Assembly: GCA_050013655.1 (NCBI GenBank)
Contig: JBEKEV010000002.1
Coordinates: forward strand, 13,091-77,090
Reading direction: 5' to 3'
DNA: 64,000 nucleotides
Source of the DNA: Bacteroidota bacterium
GTDB lineage: Bacteria > Bacteroidota > Ignavibacteria > UBA10030
This document shows, piece after piece, positions 10,269 through 18,335 of this stretch. The number at the start of each line of letters is the position of its first letter. The stretch's first letter is position 1. The notes beneath the pieces are model-generated. The model ran no database searches and was not told where the DNA came from. It was given only the letters and a program-made list of their open reading frames with translations. The position numbers and the translations under genes were made by a program.

Positions 10269-12101
10269 GTGAAAACTGTCCCCGCCCAATCATACAACAA
10301 GATTTCATCCTTTCCGACCTCTGTCAAAGAAATGCGGGAGCTTGGATGGGAACAAGCCGACGTCATATTATTTACCGGAGATGCATTTGTCGACCACCCG
10401 GCATTCGGTGCAGCGGTTGTTGCACGAGTACTGAAAAAAGCCGGATATACAGTCGCCATTGTTCCCCAACCTAACTGGCGCGACGACCTCAGGGATTTTA
10501 AGAAATTAGGAATACCAAAACTGTTCTTCGGAGTGACATCGGGCAATATGGACTCGATGATCAACCATTATACAGCAAACAAACGCCTCCGTTCCAACGA
10601 TGCATTCACACCTGGAAATAAAGCAGGCCAGAGATCCGATTATGCAGTAATGGTATATTCAAAAATCCTGAAATCACTCTATCCTCAAGTTCCCTTAATC
10701 ATCGGGGGAATTGAAGCTTCGCTCCGCAGGCTTACGCATTACGATTATTGGAGCGACTCTTTGAAACCTTCCATATTGATCGATTCAAACGCAGATCTGC
10801 TTGCCTATGGAATGGCGGAAAAAGCTATTGCTGCAGTGGCAAAGAGATTAAGGAGAGGCGAAAGTATTGGAAGCATAAAACAAATTCCTCAAACAGCTTT
10901 TTGTGCAAAAGAAATTCCTTCCGCACAAAATGATAAAATAATTTTACTTGCATCGTATGAGGAATGCATGAAAAGCAAGAAAGCGTTCGCACGCAATTTT
11001 GTGATCACCGAAGAGGAATCAAATAAACTTGAACAACGGGTTCTTGCTGAGAAAGCAGGGAATAAATGGGTGATTGTGAATTCTGCATATCCGCCGCTTT
11101 CGCAGAAAGAAATTGACAGTATTTATAATTTGCCGTTCACACGTCTGCCACATCCACGCTATGATGGCAAAGAGCCGATTCCAGCGTATGAGATGATCAA
11201 AGATTCTGTGATAATTCATAGGGGATGTTTTGGAGGTTGTTCGTTTTGCACCATTTCGGCTCATCAGGGAAAATTTATTTCAAGCCGTTCTAAAAGTTCT
11301 ATACTGAAAGAACTAAAGACAATCGTTCATGCTCCATCTTTTAAAGGACACATTACCGATTTAGGCGGACCTTCGGCAAATATGTACGAGATGAAAGGCA
11401 TTAATGCCAAGCAATGTGCCGTATGCAAGCGACCGTCGTGCCTGTACCCTGTTCTTTGTAAAAATTTAGATACTAATTACACTCCGCTCATTGAATTATA
11501 CAAAGAAGCGAGAAAAGTGAAAGGAATCAAAAAAGTTACTGTTGGAAGCGGAATCAGGTACGATCTTATCCTCGATAAAAAGAATAAGCCCGTCGATCCT
11601 TCGGCGCTTGAATATTTTAAGGAACTTGTCGTTCATCATGTTTCGGGCAGATTAAAAGTTGCACCGGAGCATACTTCAGAGAAAGTTTTAAAACTCCTGC
11701 GCAAACCCTCCTTCGATTTGTTCGTACATTTGTATAAGCGGTTCACGGAGATTTGTCAGGAATATGGATTACACCAGCAATTGATTCCCTATTTTATTTC
11801 AAGCCTGCCTGCGAGCGGGCTTGACGAAATGGCGGACATTTCTGTGCAAATGCAAAAACTGAATATGAAGCTCGAACAGGTTCAGGATTTTACTCCGACA
11901 CCCATGACGCTCGCCTCGGTTATGTTCTATACCGGATTCGATCCTTATACGTTGGAAAAAATGGATATACCCCGTTCGATAAAGGAAAAGAAAATGCAGC
12001 AGCTCTTTTTCTTCCTTTATGACAAAGAGAAACGCGGCGAACTTAAAGTGGAACTTTCAAAAATGAAGCGATTTGATATCATACAGCTTCTTGGCTTGTA
12101 G
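10269..12101 (+). CDS. ygiQ: YgiQ-family radical SAM protein (UPF0313)
   Basis: GTG start. N-terminal DVILFTGDAFVDHPAFGAAVVARVL, radical-SAM cluster HRGCFGGCSFC, 610 aa. Confidence 0.85.
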   Translation: MKTVPAQSYNKISSFPTSVKEMRELGWEQADVILFTGDAFVDHPAFGAAVVARVLKKAGYTVAIVPQPNWRDDLRDFKKLGIPKLFFGVTSGNMDSMINHYTANKRLRSNDAFTPGNKAGQRSDYAVMVYSKILKSLYPQVPLIIGGIEASLRRLTHYDYWSDSLKPSILIDSNADLLAYGMAEKAIAAVAKRLRRGESIGSIKQIPQTAFCAKEIPSAQNDKIILLASYEECMKSKKAFARNFVITEEESNKLEQRVLAEKAGNKWVIVNSAYPPLSQKEIDSIYNLPFTRLPHPRYDGKEPIPAYEMIKDSVIIHRGCFGGCSFCTISAHQGKFISSRSKSSILKELKTIVHAPSFKGHITDLGGPSANMYEMKGINAKQCAVCKRPSCLYPVLCKNLDTNYTPLIELYKEARKVKGIKKVTVGSGIRYDLILDKKNKPVDPSALEYFKELVVHHVSGRLKVAPEHTSEKVLKLLRKPSFDLFVHLYKRFTEICQEYGLHQQLIPYFISSLPASGLDEMADISVQMQKLNMKLEQVQDFTPTPMTLASVMFYTGFDPYTLEKMDIPRSIKEKKMQQLFFFLYDKEKRGELKVELSKMKRFDIIQLLGL

Positions 12102-12111
12102 CTTCTGCTAC
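12078..12111 (+). repeat. repeat C copy 1, the authentic 3' end of ygiQ (last codons, TAG stop and 10 nt)
   Basis: atcatacagcttcttggcttgtagcttctgctac. Copies at 13789-13822 and 14789-14822 differ from it at 3 and 5 of 34 positions. Confidence 0.85.
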
Positions 12112-12154
12112 TATTTATTGAGCGGCGGGTTTGGCTGCTTGCATTTTAAGAATT

Positions 12155-12982
12155 TCAACAATAGTCAATCAGTTGGAAATTATTTGAATAAATAAGATCT
12201 GATACAGATGGAGGACATGAATTTTTAAAAAGCCCATAATTCCTTTTTAGGAATATTTTGATAACGTCCCTCCATGCAAAACGTATCTTCTTACTAAGAA
12301 AATTAATTTCGATATATAAAGCCATAGAAACCTTTTGTTCTTCAGTGAGTCCACCCTTATATCTGTAAAGTGCAATGTCCATGGATGGATCGAAACATTC
12401 GGCAAGATTGTTGCGATTGTATCCAGAAACTGTCATTCCAACAACCTCCTTATTCAAATGAATCGTATCAGTATGAGACCATGGACTATTGTCGATACGC
12501 CGAATAAGCTTTGAAATTCTACTTCGACGATCGTAAGAAAATAACGAGTCCCCAACTTCTGCGTGAGCCAATAGACGGTCACAAGCTTCTTTGTACCATG
12601 GTAGAGGCTTTCTATAAAATAAAGGAGGAAACTTGGTTAAATCAGAAGCTGCATTAAATGATACACTTCGGTGTGTCATATTCATGACGAACTGAATGGC
12701 ATAAGGATTATCTTCGTTTTCATGGAAATAATGGTCCATATACTCTTTATCGAAACCATTCTTGTATGAATATAAATAAAGAGGGTTAATATGATTAAAA
12801 TTACCCTCTTTAAAGCGGAATGACGAGTAATGAGTAATGTCAAGCAAAAGGAAATCTCTACCAAGATGAAAACCCATAACATTATTCTTCGGAGATGAGA
12901 CGATATGTACGTTTTCAAGGTCGGGATACTTGAGATTATATGTACTATCAACTGGGTCTAATATTTTTAAAATCGATTGCAT
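12155..12982 (-). CDS. hypothetical protein, possible permuted papain-like (YiiX/DUF830-type) hydrolase
   Basis: Start moved to ATG 12982 to avoid overlap with the upstream ORF. GDSLFSYDRRSRISKLIRRIDNSPWSHTDTI followed near the C-terminus by NSCPPSVSDLIYS resembles the His-then-Cys order of permuted NlpC/P60 enzymes. Very A+T-rich. Confidence 0.4.
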   Translation of the reverse strand: MQSILKILDPVDSTYNLKYPDLENVHIVSSPKNNVMGFHLGRDFLLLDITHYSSFRFKEGNFNHINPLYLYSYKNGFDKEYMDHYFHENEDNPYAIQFVMNMTHRSVSFNAASDLTKFPPLFYRKPLPWYKEACDRLLAHAEVGDSLFSYDRRSRISKLIRRIDNSPWSHTDTIHLNKEVVGMTVSGYNRNNLAECFDPSMDIALYRYKGGLTEEQKVSMALYIEINFLSKKIRFAWRDVIKIFLKRNYGLFKNSCPPSVSDLIYSNNFQLIDYC

Positions 12983-13011
12983 GGAGTAGTAATGTTGAAT
13001 TTTTTTAGATT

Positions 13012-13404
13012 CTATTTCATATTCTGTGCAGTAAATATAGTCAGAGAAACTAATCCAAGGATAAAAGTCAGATATTGCATAACACCGAATATGATTGCTG
13101 GTTTGTAATAAAAACGAACGTTTTCCCAAATACTATAAAATCTTAGCATACTGAAAAGAAATACGGTTCCTAATAATATTGAGGATATTTCTAATGCCCA
13201 TCCTGATATCAGAAAGCATTTATTTACCAAGATTTCTTGTAAAATATCCTTTTGCAAAGAGATCGAGATGATGACGATTCCTGTGCTTAATGAGATGAGC
13301 AATTTTCCAATATCATATGCTGTCTCATTGAATTTTTTTGTAACATTATTGATTTCATCGACCTGCTTGTTATCTTTCATTTTTTCTCCATCATTTCTGA
13401 TCAT
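13012..13404 (-). CDS. small hypothetical membrane protein (about 3 TM segments)
   Basis: 130-aa ORF with hydrophobic stretches LLISLSTGIVIISISL, FLISGWALEISSILLGTVFLF and IIFGVMQYLTFILGLVSLTIF. It is co-directional with and 30 nt upstream of the 12982 gene. Confidence 0.45.
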   Translation of the reverse strand: MIRNDGEKMKDNKQVDEINNVTKKFNETAYDIGKLLISLSTGIVIISISLQKDILQEILVNKCFLISGWALEISSILLGTVFLFSMLRFYSIWENVRFYYKPAIIFGVMQYLTFILGLVSLTIFTAQNMK

Positions 13405-13522
13405 TCTCCATTACGAAAATTTGCAAGCAACATAGCGAATAGGCGCCACTCTGTTACATTGATAATACAGGGAACAAAAAGGACAGACACATTGAGTAAC
13501 TATTCCCGAAGTTCCCCAAACC

Positions 13523-13574
13523 CAATACATCTAGTTAAAATCTACTATTTCGGTGTTCAAATAGCAACAAAAAA
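13523..13574 (-). repeat. repeat B copy 1 (52 nt), upstream of the 13404 cassette gene
   Basis: caatacatctagttaaaatctactatttcggtgttcaaatagcaacaaaaaa differs at 3 of 52 nt from 15634-15685. It lies 119 nt upstream of the start codon on the minus strand. Confidence 0.7.
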
Positions 13575-13618
13575 TCGGAAGTCTATCAATCTTGAGATTG
13601 CCTTAAAATAAAGTGATA

Positions 13619-13744
13619 GTCATTGCGGGTAAGCGAAGCCCCGAAGGGGCAAGCGACGAAGCAAACCGCAAAACAAGGTTTACTAAGCAAAACAGGTAGT
13701 TGCAGATTGCTTCTCCCGCTATAAAGCAGCGGGATCGCAATGAC
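13619..13744. other. GC-rich multi-stem palindromic element (candidate structured RNA or MITE-like unit)
   Basis: 9-bp closing stem gtcattgcg (13619-13627) / cgcaatgac (13736-13744). It encloses hairpins gcccc-gaa-ggggc (13638-13650), gaagcaa/ttgcttc (13658-13664 / 13707-13713) and cccgct/agcggg (13715-13720 / 13728-13733). Confidence 0.35.
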
Positions 13745-13788
13745 AGGGTTCTTGTGAAAACTGCCATTAGTAGTATCTCTTTAATGAC

Positions 13789-13822
13789 ATCATCCAGCTT
13801 CTTGGCTTGTAGCTTCCACTAC
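13789..13822 (+). repeat. repeat C copy 2 (ygiQ 3'-end remnant)
   Basis: atcatccagcttcttggcttgtagcttccactac would encode IIQLLGL followed by a stop. An in-frame TAG 6 codons upstream shows it is only a remnant. Confidence 0.8.
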
Positions 13823-13850
13823 TTTAGAAATATGATAAGACGAGCCTCCA

Positions 13851-14765
13851 TTATTGCTCCAAGAAATTTAAGATAGCATTGAGGCTTTCTTCGGGCGATT
13901 CTTCGTGCGGAATATGGCCGCAATTGGGAATGATCACCAATTTTGAGTTCCGAATATCCTGGTGCAATCTCTGTCCTTCCTCTAAAGGAATTGCCGGATC
14001 GTTAGCACCCCAAATGATTAAAGTAGGCACAGTAATAGTTTTGATTAAGGTTGAGATAGAATCTGGATTTGCAGGAATAATTTGTTTAGCACACTCGACG
14101 AATGAATTATAGCTCCCTGGTTGATTAAAATATTCAGCATAATTTATTATCCTCTCTTCAGACAATTTACTTTTATCATAAAAAAGATTGTGCAAAACAA
14201 AGCTTGCCATGAGATGAGTTGGGACAAGATTCATAACTACCCAATTCACGAATGGTTTTCTAAGAATATCGATGAAGTAGGGAAATTCTTGCACATAAGC
14301 AGCGGCATCTATGAGAATTAGCCGACGGATAATACCGTGAGCATGTTCGGATCGGTCTCTGAGATAAGTAAATATTGCGACTGCACCGCCATAGGAATGA
14401 CCCACAAGAGTAATGTCATGGAGCTTATGTGCCTTGAGAAAAGCAAGAACGATTTCGGCTTGATCTTCAAGAGAATATTTGCCGTCGTCAGGTTTTGATG
14501 ATAAACCAAATCCTTTTAAGTCTAAAAAGAAGAGCGTATTTCCTTTTGAAAGCGGTAGTTGAATGTCTCGCCAAGTTTCTACAGAAGCTCCAAAACCATG
14601 GAGAAATACAAGAGTGGAGTTCCCACTGCCGTGAATCTCGTAGTTGATTTGTATTTTATCGGAATAATAGAAGGTTCCTTTCAAAAAATCTGTCTCTTTG
14701 CTGATATTCATTGAACAGCTGCTTAAAAACAATAGCAAAAGAACAGCGATGATTGATTTGCGCAT
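13851..14765 (-). CDS. alpha/beta-fold hydrolase, lipoprotein
   Basis: Lipobox LLFLSSC, HGFGAS, nucleophile elbow GHSYGG, and C-terminal catalytic His context NCGHIPHEE. Confidence 0.85.
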   Translation of the reverse strand: MRKSIIAVLLLLFLSSCSMNISKETDFLKGTFYYSDKIQINYEIHGSGNSTLVFLHGFGASVETWRDIQLPLSKGNTLFFLDLKGFGLSSKPDDGKYSLEDQAEIVLAFLKAHKLHDITLVGHSYGGAVAIFTYLRDRSEHAHGIIRRLILIDAAAYVQEFPYFIDILRKPFVNWVVMNLVPTHLMASFVLHNLFYDKSKLSEERIINYAEYFNQPGSYNSFVECAKQIIPANPDSISTLIKTITVPTLIIWGANDPAIPLEEGQRLHQDIRNSKLVIIPNCGHIPHEESPEESLNAILNFLEQ

Positions 14766-14788
14766 CTCATTTTATATCTAATTTGATA

Positions 14789-14822
14789 TCATTCAACTTC
14801 TTGACTTGTAGCTTCCGCTCCG
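14789..14822 (+). repeat. repeat C copy 3 (ygiQ 3'-end remnant)
   Basis: atcattcaacttcttgacttgtagcttccgctcc, preceded by tttgat, reads FDIIQLLDL followed by a stop, with an in-frame TAA just before it. It lies exactly 1000 nt from copy 2. Confidence 0.8.
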
Positions 14823-15025
14823 TATTACACCTATGCACACCATGAATTTACTTATTTCTAATTTGAATTGCACAACGCGCAATGATCTTGAAGAATATCT
14901 GCGTCTCGACTTTGTCGGGAATGGTGCACACTCTTGTGTGCATCAATTACACGCGGCCTCCGGCTGTGCTGAATTCTTCTGGACACGCCGAGCTTGAGCA
15001 TCGGGGGGTTAATCAGTTCAACTCC

Positions 15026-15517
15026 TTATACTTCTTTAAACTTATGCTTCTTTAATTCCTTCGTCGCTGTGAGCAATTCAGAAAAAGGAACAAGAACTTT
15101 TTGCTCTTCTATCGGATGCTTGCCATAATTACGAACAGCGGTTACTGCAACCTTATCTGCTACTGGATTGAACAGCCTTGAATAAAGAAACGGATGGTAC
15201 CCGGCTTGTTCTAAGCAGGTTGTCACAAATTGAGTTTGCACATTGTCAGTACTGCCAAAGACACGGACCATACCTTCGGTAATTTCCAAATCAGAATGGT
15301 TATCACAAAGGAATATCTTGTTTACATCTGTTCCACATTTCTTACAGAATGGTTTAAAACAGATGACGCAGACGCCTTCAGCTTGAATAGACTTATGGTT
15401 AACACAAAACAGATCATCGGAGAATAAACTGCCACAATTCCTGCAAAAAGTATCTTTTTGCTTAACAGGTTTTTCACATCGTCCACACGTCAAGTTAAGT
15501 TGTTGTGACTTTTTCAT
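15026..15517 (-). CDS. zinc-ribbon / B-box-like Cys-His-rich protein with C-terminal alpha/beta domain
   Basis: CGRC-x13-CRNC zinc ribbon, then CVNH-x8-CVIC-x5-CKKC-x11-CDNH. The C-terminal VRVFGSTDNVQTQFVTTCLEQAGYHPF resembles DUF2007-type domains. Confidence 0.55.
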   Translation of the reverse strand: MKKSQQLNLTCGRCEKPVKQKDTFCRNCGSLFSDDLFCVNHKSIQAEGVCVICFKPFCKKCGTDVNKIFLCDNHSDLEITEGMVRVFGSTDNVQTQFVTTCLEQAGYHPFLYSRLFNPVADKVAVTAVRNYGKHPIEEQKVLVPFSELLTATKELKKHKFKEV

Positions 15518-15633
15518 GTTTATCCCTTTTGTGAAGCGCCTAATGGATGGCGGCTAAGTGGAACAACCGGCAAAAAAGGTAATGGCAAGAATAGGTAGTA
15601 AGTGTTTCATAAAAGAATTCCCCAATCAATTTT

Positions 15634-15685
15634 CAATACATCTAATTAAAATCTACTATTTCGCTGTTCAAATTGCAACAAAAAA
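15634..15685 (-). repeat. repeat B copy 2, upstream of the 15517 gene
   Basis: caatacatctaattaaaatctactatttcgctgttcaaattgcaacaaaaaa lies 117 nt upstream of the start codon on the minus strand. Confidence 0.7.
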
Positions 15686-15837
15686 CCCTCCCTTTGCTAT
15701 CGCGGCGGGAGGCTGTTATTCTCCAGATAAATACAGAATGCCTTTAAGAAAAAAACTTGTATTCACTTTTATCATTTGGTATATTTATTACACACGTAAA
15801 GAAACATGATTCTTAAAGAAATTCTTTAAATAACGAT

Positions 15838-15911
15838 GCACCCGTAGCTCAACTGGATAGAGCATCAGCCTTCGGAGCTGAGGGTTGGGGGTTCGACTCC
15901 CTCCGGGTGTA
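15838..15911 (+). tRNA. tRNA-Arg (anticodon UCG)
   Basis: Cloverleaf folded by hand: acceptor GCACCCG/CGGGTGT, D arm GCTC..GAGC, anticodon stem TCAGC/GCTGA with loop CTTCGGA, T arm GGGGG-TTCGACT-CCCTC. No encoded CCA. Confidence 0.9.
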
Positions 15912-15976
15912 CTAGTTATAAATTCCGCAAAATCCAAACCCAAGATGTCCATGGACATTATTCATGGAGCACAGCT

Positions 15977-16543
15977 ATGAAATCTATTAAAAAAATGTAC
16001 GAACGAATGAAAGTGTTTTGTATCGCATATCCGGCTGTAGTTTCAGGATTCTTCATATACAGTTATCTTTTTTTCTGCATCCTGCAGTATTTTTTCAAAT
16101 TGAAATCATCTTCATTGTTTCACTCTCCTATTTTGACGGACATCGTTGAAAGTTTTGATGCTTTTCCGTTTATGTGGCTTTTATCGGTAGCATTGGTGAA
16201 GGTTATTGAGGTGCGTACGAAATTGCACGAGAGCGAGGAGAAAAGAATTTTTGCCGAGCGCGAAAAACAGCTCCGTCAATCACAACTGAAAACCTTGCAG
16301 GAAGTTACTCGCGGAGTGCAGCATCACGTCAACAATCCTTTAGCAATCATTGCACTTACACTAGCACCTGCTCGTAAAGCCGCAGGGAATAATCAGAACG
16401 TACTGCACCAGCTTGATATCATAGATGAAGCCGTGCAAAGAATGAGTACTGCATTGGAAGATTTCTCGAAAATTCGCGAATATACCGTTGAATCCGGAGG
16501 CCCGATCGTGGGCGATATTGTTACACCGAATGTCAAGTCGTAG
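15977..16543 (+). CDS. membrane protein with an isolated HisKA-like dimerisation/phosphoacceptor domain (no ATPase domain)
   Basis: Two N-terminal TM segments, a coiled region, and the H-box-like GVQHHVNNPLAIIAL. The ORF ends after about 70 more residues with no N/G1/G2 boxes. Confidence 0.5.
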   Translation: MKSIKKMYERMKVFCIAYPAVVSGFFIYSYLFFCILQYFFKLKSSSLFHSPILTDIVESFDAFPFMWLLSVALVKVIEVRTKLHESEEKRIFAEREKQLRQSQLKTLQEVTRGVQHHVNNPLAIIALTLAPARKAAGNNQNVLHQLDIIDEAVQRMSTALEDFSKIREYTVESGGPIVGDIVTPNVKS

Positions 16544-16611
16544 TATTGTCCTTCAAGTTGTTTCATGAACAAAGTTTTATAATGAGAATTGTACGGGCCT
16601 GAAAGGTTCTT

Positions 16612-17085
16612 TTGCCAACCCAGCATGAACAATGGATGAAAGCTGCACTTCGAGAAGCACGACGTGCTTTCGATGCTGACGAAGTGCCGGTGGGGGCTGT
16701 CATTGTGCTTGAGGGAAAAATTATTGGCCGCGGGTATAATCAAATAGAACAGCTGAAGGATCCGACCGCCCATGCTGAAATGATTGCAATTACTGCCGCT
16801 TCAAATCATCTGCAATCAAGACGATTGGAAAAATGCACATTGTATGTAACACTGGAACCCTGTCCGATGTGTGCAGGCGCAATAGTGCTCGCAAGAATTC
16901 CTACACTTGTCTTTGGAGTATTCGATCCGAAAGCGGGCGCTTGTGGCACGCTGTATAATATCACAGAAGATAAACGGCTTAACCACACTGTTCATGTTGT
17001 CGGCGGTATTTGCGACGGGGAAAGTGAAGCTCTGTTGAAAGAATTCTTTTCGAAAGTGCGAAAGTCATCTGCAACAAAAAATTAA
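16612..17085 (+). CDS. tadA: tRNA adenosine(34) deaminase TadA
   Basis: HAEMIAI and PCPMCAGAI zinc motifs, 157 aa. TTG start at 16612, with an alternative in-frame ATG at 16636. Confidence 0.9.
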   Translation: MPTQHEQWMKAALREARRAFDADEVPVGAVIVLEGKIIGRGYNQIEQLKDPTAHAEMIAITAASNHLQSRRLEKCTLYVTLEPCPMCAGAIVLARIPTLVFGVFDPKAGACGTLYNITEDKRLNHTVHVVGGICDGESEALLKEFFSKVRKSSATKN

Positions 17086-17174
17086 TAAGCTCCGATGTAT
17101 TCAATCTCCGACCTCCGGCTGTCATGCCCGCGGATTTCAAGCGGGCATCCAGGTCTTTGGTTCCTTGGTTCTGG

Positions 17175-17214
17175 ATTCCCGATAACAACATTCGGGAATG
17201 ACAACGTTTTTTTT
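17175..17214 (+). terminator. possible terminator after tadA
   Basis: Hairpin attcccga-taacaaca-ttcgggaat, then 7 nt (gacaacg), then T8. The T-run is not adjacent to the stem, so this is tentative. A second hairpin atgcccgc/gcgggcat lies at 17124-17148. Confidence 0.4.
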
Positions 17215-17247
17215 GAGATGGCTTCTATTTGAGATGTAGAGTTTCGA

Positions 17248-18318
17248 TTAAGCAGTGGCGTTTTGAAGTTTTTCTGCATTGTCGGCAATCCGCAGCTTCT
17301 CGATCAATTCATCTAAATCACCATTAATAACGCGATCTAAACTATAAATCGTAAAACCGATGCGATGGTCCGTTAGCCGGTTCTGTGGAAAGTTATACGT
17401 ACGGATCTTGTCGCTCCGGTCGCCGCTCTTCACTATCAATTTTCGCTGTGCTGCGGTTGACTTCGTTTGTTCTTCAAGTTTCATTTCATAGAGTTTTGCA
17501 CGCAGCATCTTCATCGCCCGTTCACGGTTCTGAAATTGCGAGCGTTCCTGCTGGCACGCGACGATAATGCCGCTGGGCTTATGCGTAATACGCACGGCTG
17601 TTTCCACTTTGTTCACATTCTGACCACCTTTTCCACCCGAACGAAAGGTATCCAACTGAAGGTCAGCAGGATTGATATCCACTTCTACTTCTTCAACTTC
17701 GGGCAGCACGACGACAGATGCAGCTGATGTATGTACGCGTCCTTGCGCTTCCGTTTCAGGAACGCGTTGAACACGATGTACTCCGCTTTCATATTTCATC
17801 ATGCCGAATGCGCCATCTCCCGAAACAGCAAACGAGATTTCCTTGAAACCTCCTTTTCCGGTTTCACTCCAATCCATCAGTTCAACTTTCCAGCCTTTAC
17901 GCTCGGCATACCGGGTGTACATCCGATAGAGGTCTGCTGCAAACAATGCTGCTTCTTCGCCGCCAGTACCAGCGCGAATTTCCATAATAAAATTTTTCGT
18001 GTCATTCGGATCGGGCGGAATCAATAACAACTTCAGTTCGTCTTCCACTTGAACTATTTGGATCTTCAACCGATCGTATTCTTCTTGTGCAAGAACTTTC
18101 ATCTCCGGATCGCTTGTAGAATCCAGCAATTCTTTACTGCCGTTGAAATCATGAAAAATCTTTTTATAGCGTAATCCGGTTTTGACGATTTGCTCCAGCG
18201 AGCGAAATTCTTTCCCCAGCTCACGGCTCTTCTGCTGATCAGCAATAATAACCGGATTGCTCATCAACATGTTCACTTCCTCGTAGCGATGGAAAATTTT
18301 TTCCAGCTTGTCAATCAT
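17248..18318 (-). CDS. prfA: peptide chain release factor 1
   Basis: Start at ATG 18318 (MIDKLEKI). QRVPETE...GRVHTS and GGQ motif [17 protein letters not shown]. Confidence 0.95.
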   Translation of the reverse strand: MIDKLEKIFHRYEEVNMLMSNPVIIADQQKSRELGKEFRSLEQIVKTGLRYKKIFHDFNGSKELLDSTSDPEMKVLAQEEYDRLKIQIVQVEDELKLLLIPPDPNDTKNFIMEIRAGTGGEEAALFAADLYRMYTRYAERKGWKVELMDWSETGKGGFKEISFAVSGDGAFGMMKYESGVHRVQRVPETEAQGRVHTSAASVVVLPEVEEVEVDINPADLQLDTFRSGGKGGQNVNKVETAVRITHKPSGIIVACQQERSQFQNRERAMKMLRAKLYEMKLEEQTKSTAAQRKLIVKSGDRSDKIRTYNFPQNRLTDHRIGFTIYSLDRVINGDLDELIEKLRIADNAEKLQNATA

Positions 18319-18335
18319 AGACTTTTCACGCTTTG

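Noticed and set aside
15558-15809. 83-aa plus-strand ORF between the zinc-ribbon gene and tRNA-Arg.
   Set aside because: It spans repeat B copy 2 and a hairpin. It shows no coding periodicity or motif and lies on the opposite strand to the element's apparent function.
12071-15837. Classical integron or CALIN interpretation of the cassette array.
   Set aside because: There is no intI gene. The repeats lack attC R/L box consensus (no GTTRRRY ends) and are instead copies of a protein-coding 3' end. The cargo genes are oriented away from ygiQ.
15945-15958. Perfect 14-bp palindrome atgtccatggacat just downstream of tRNA-Arg(UCG).
   Set aside because: It is a single short palindrome with no second copy or T-run. 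It could be a minor hairpin or chance, and the evidence is insufficient to call a site.
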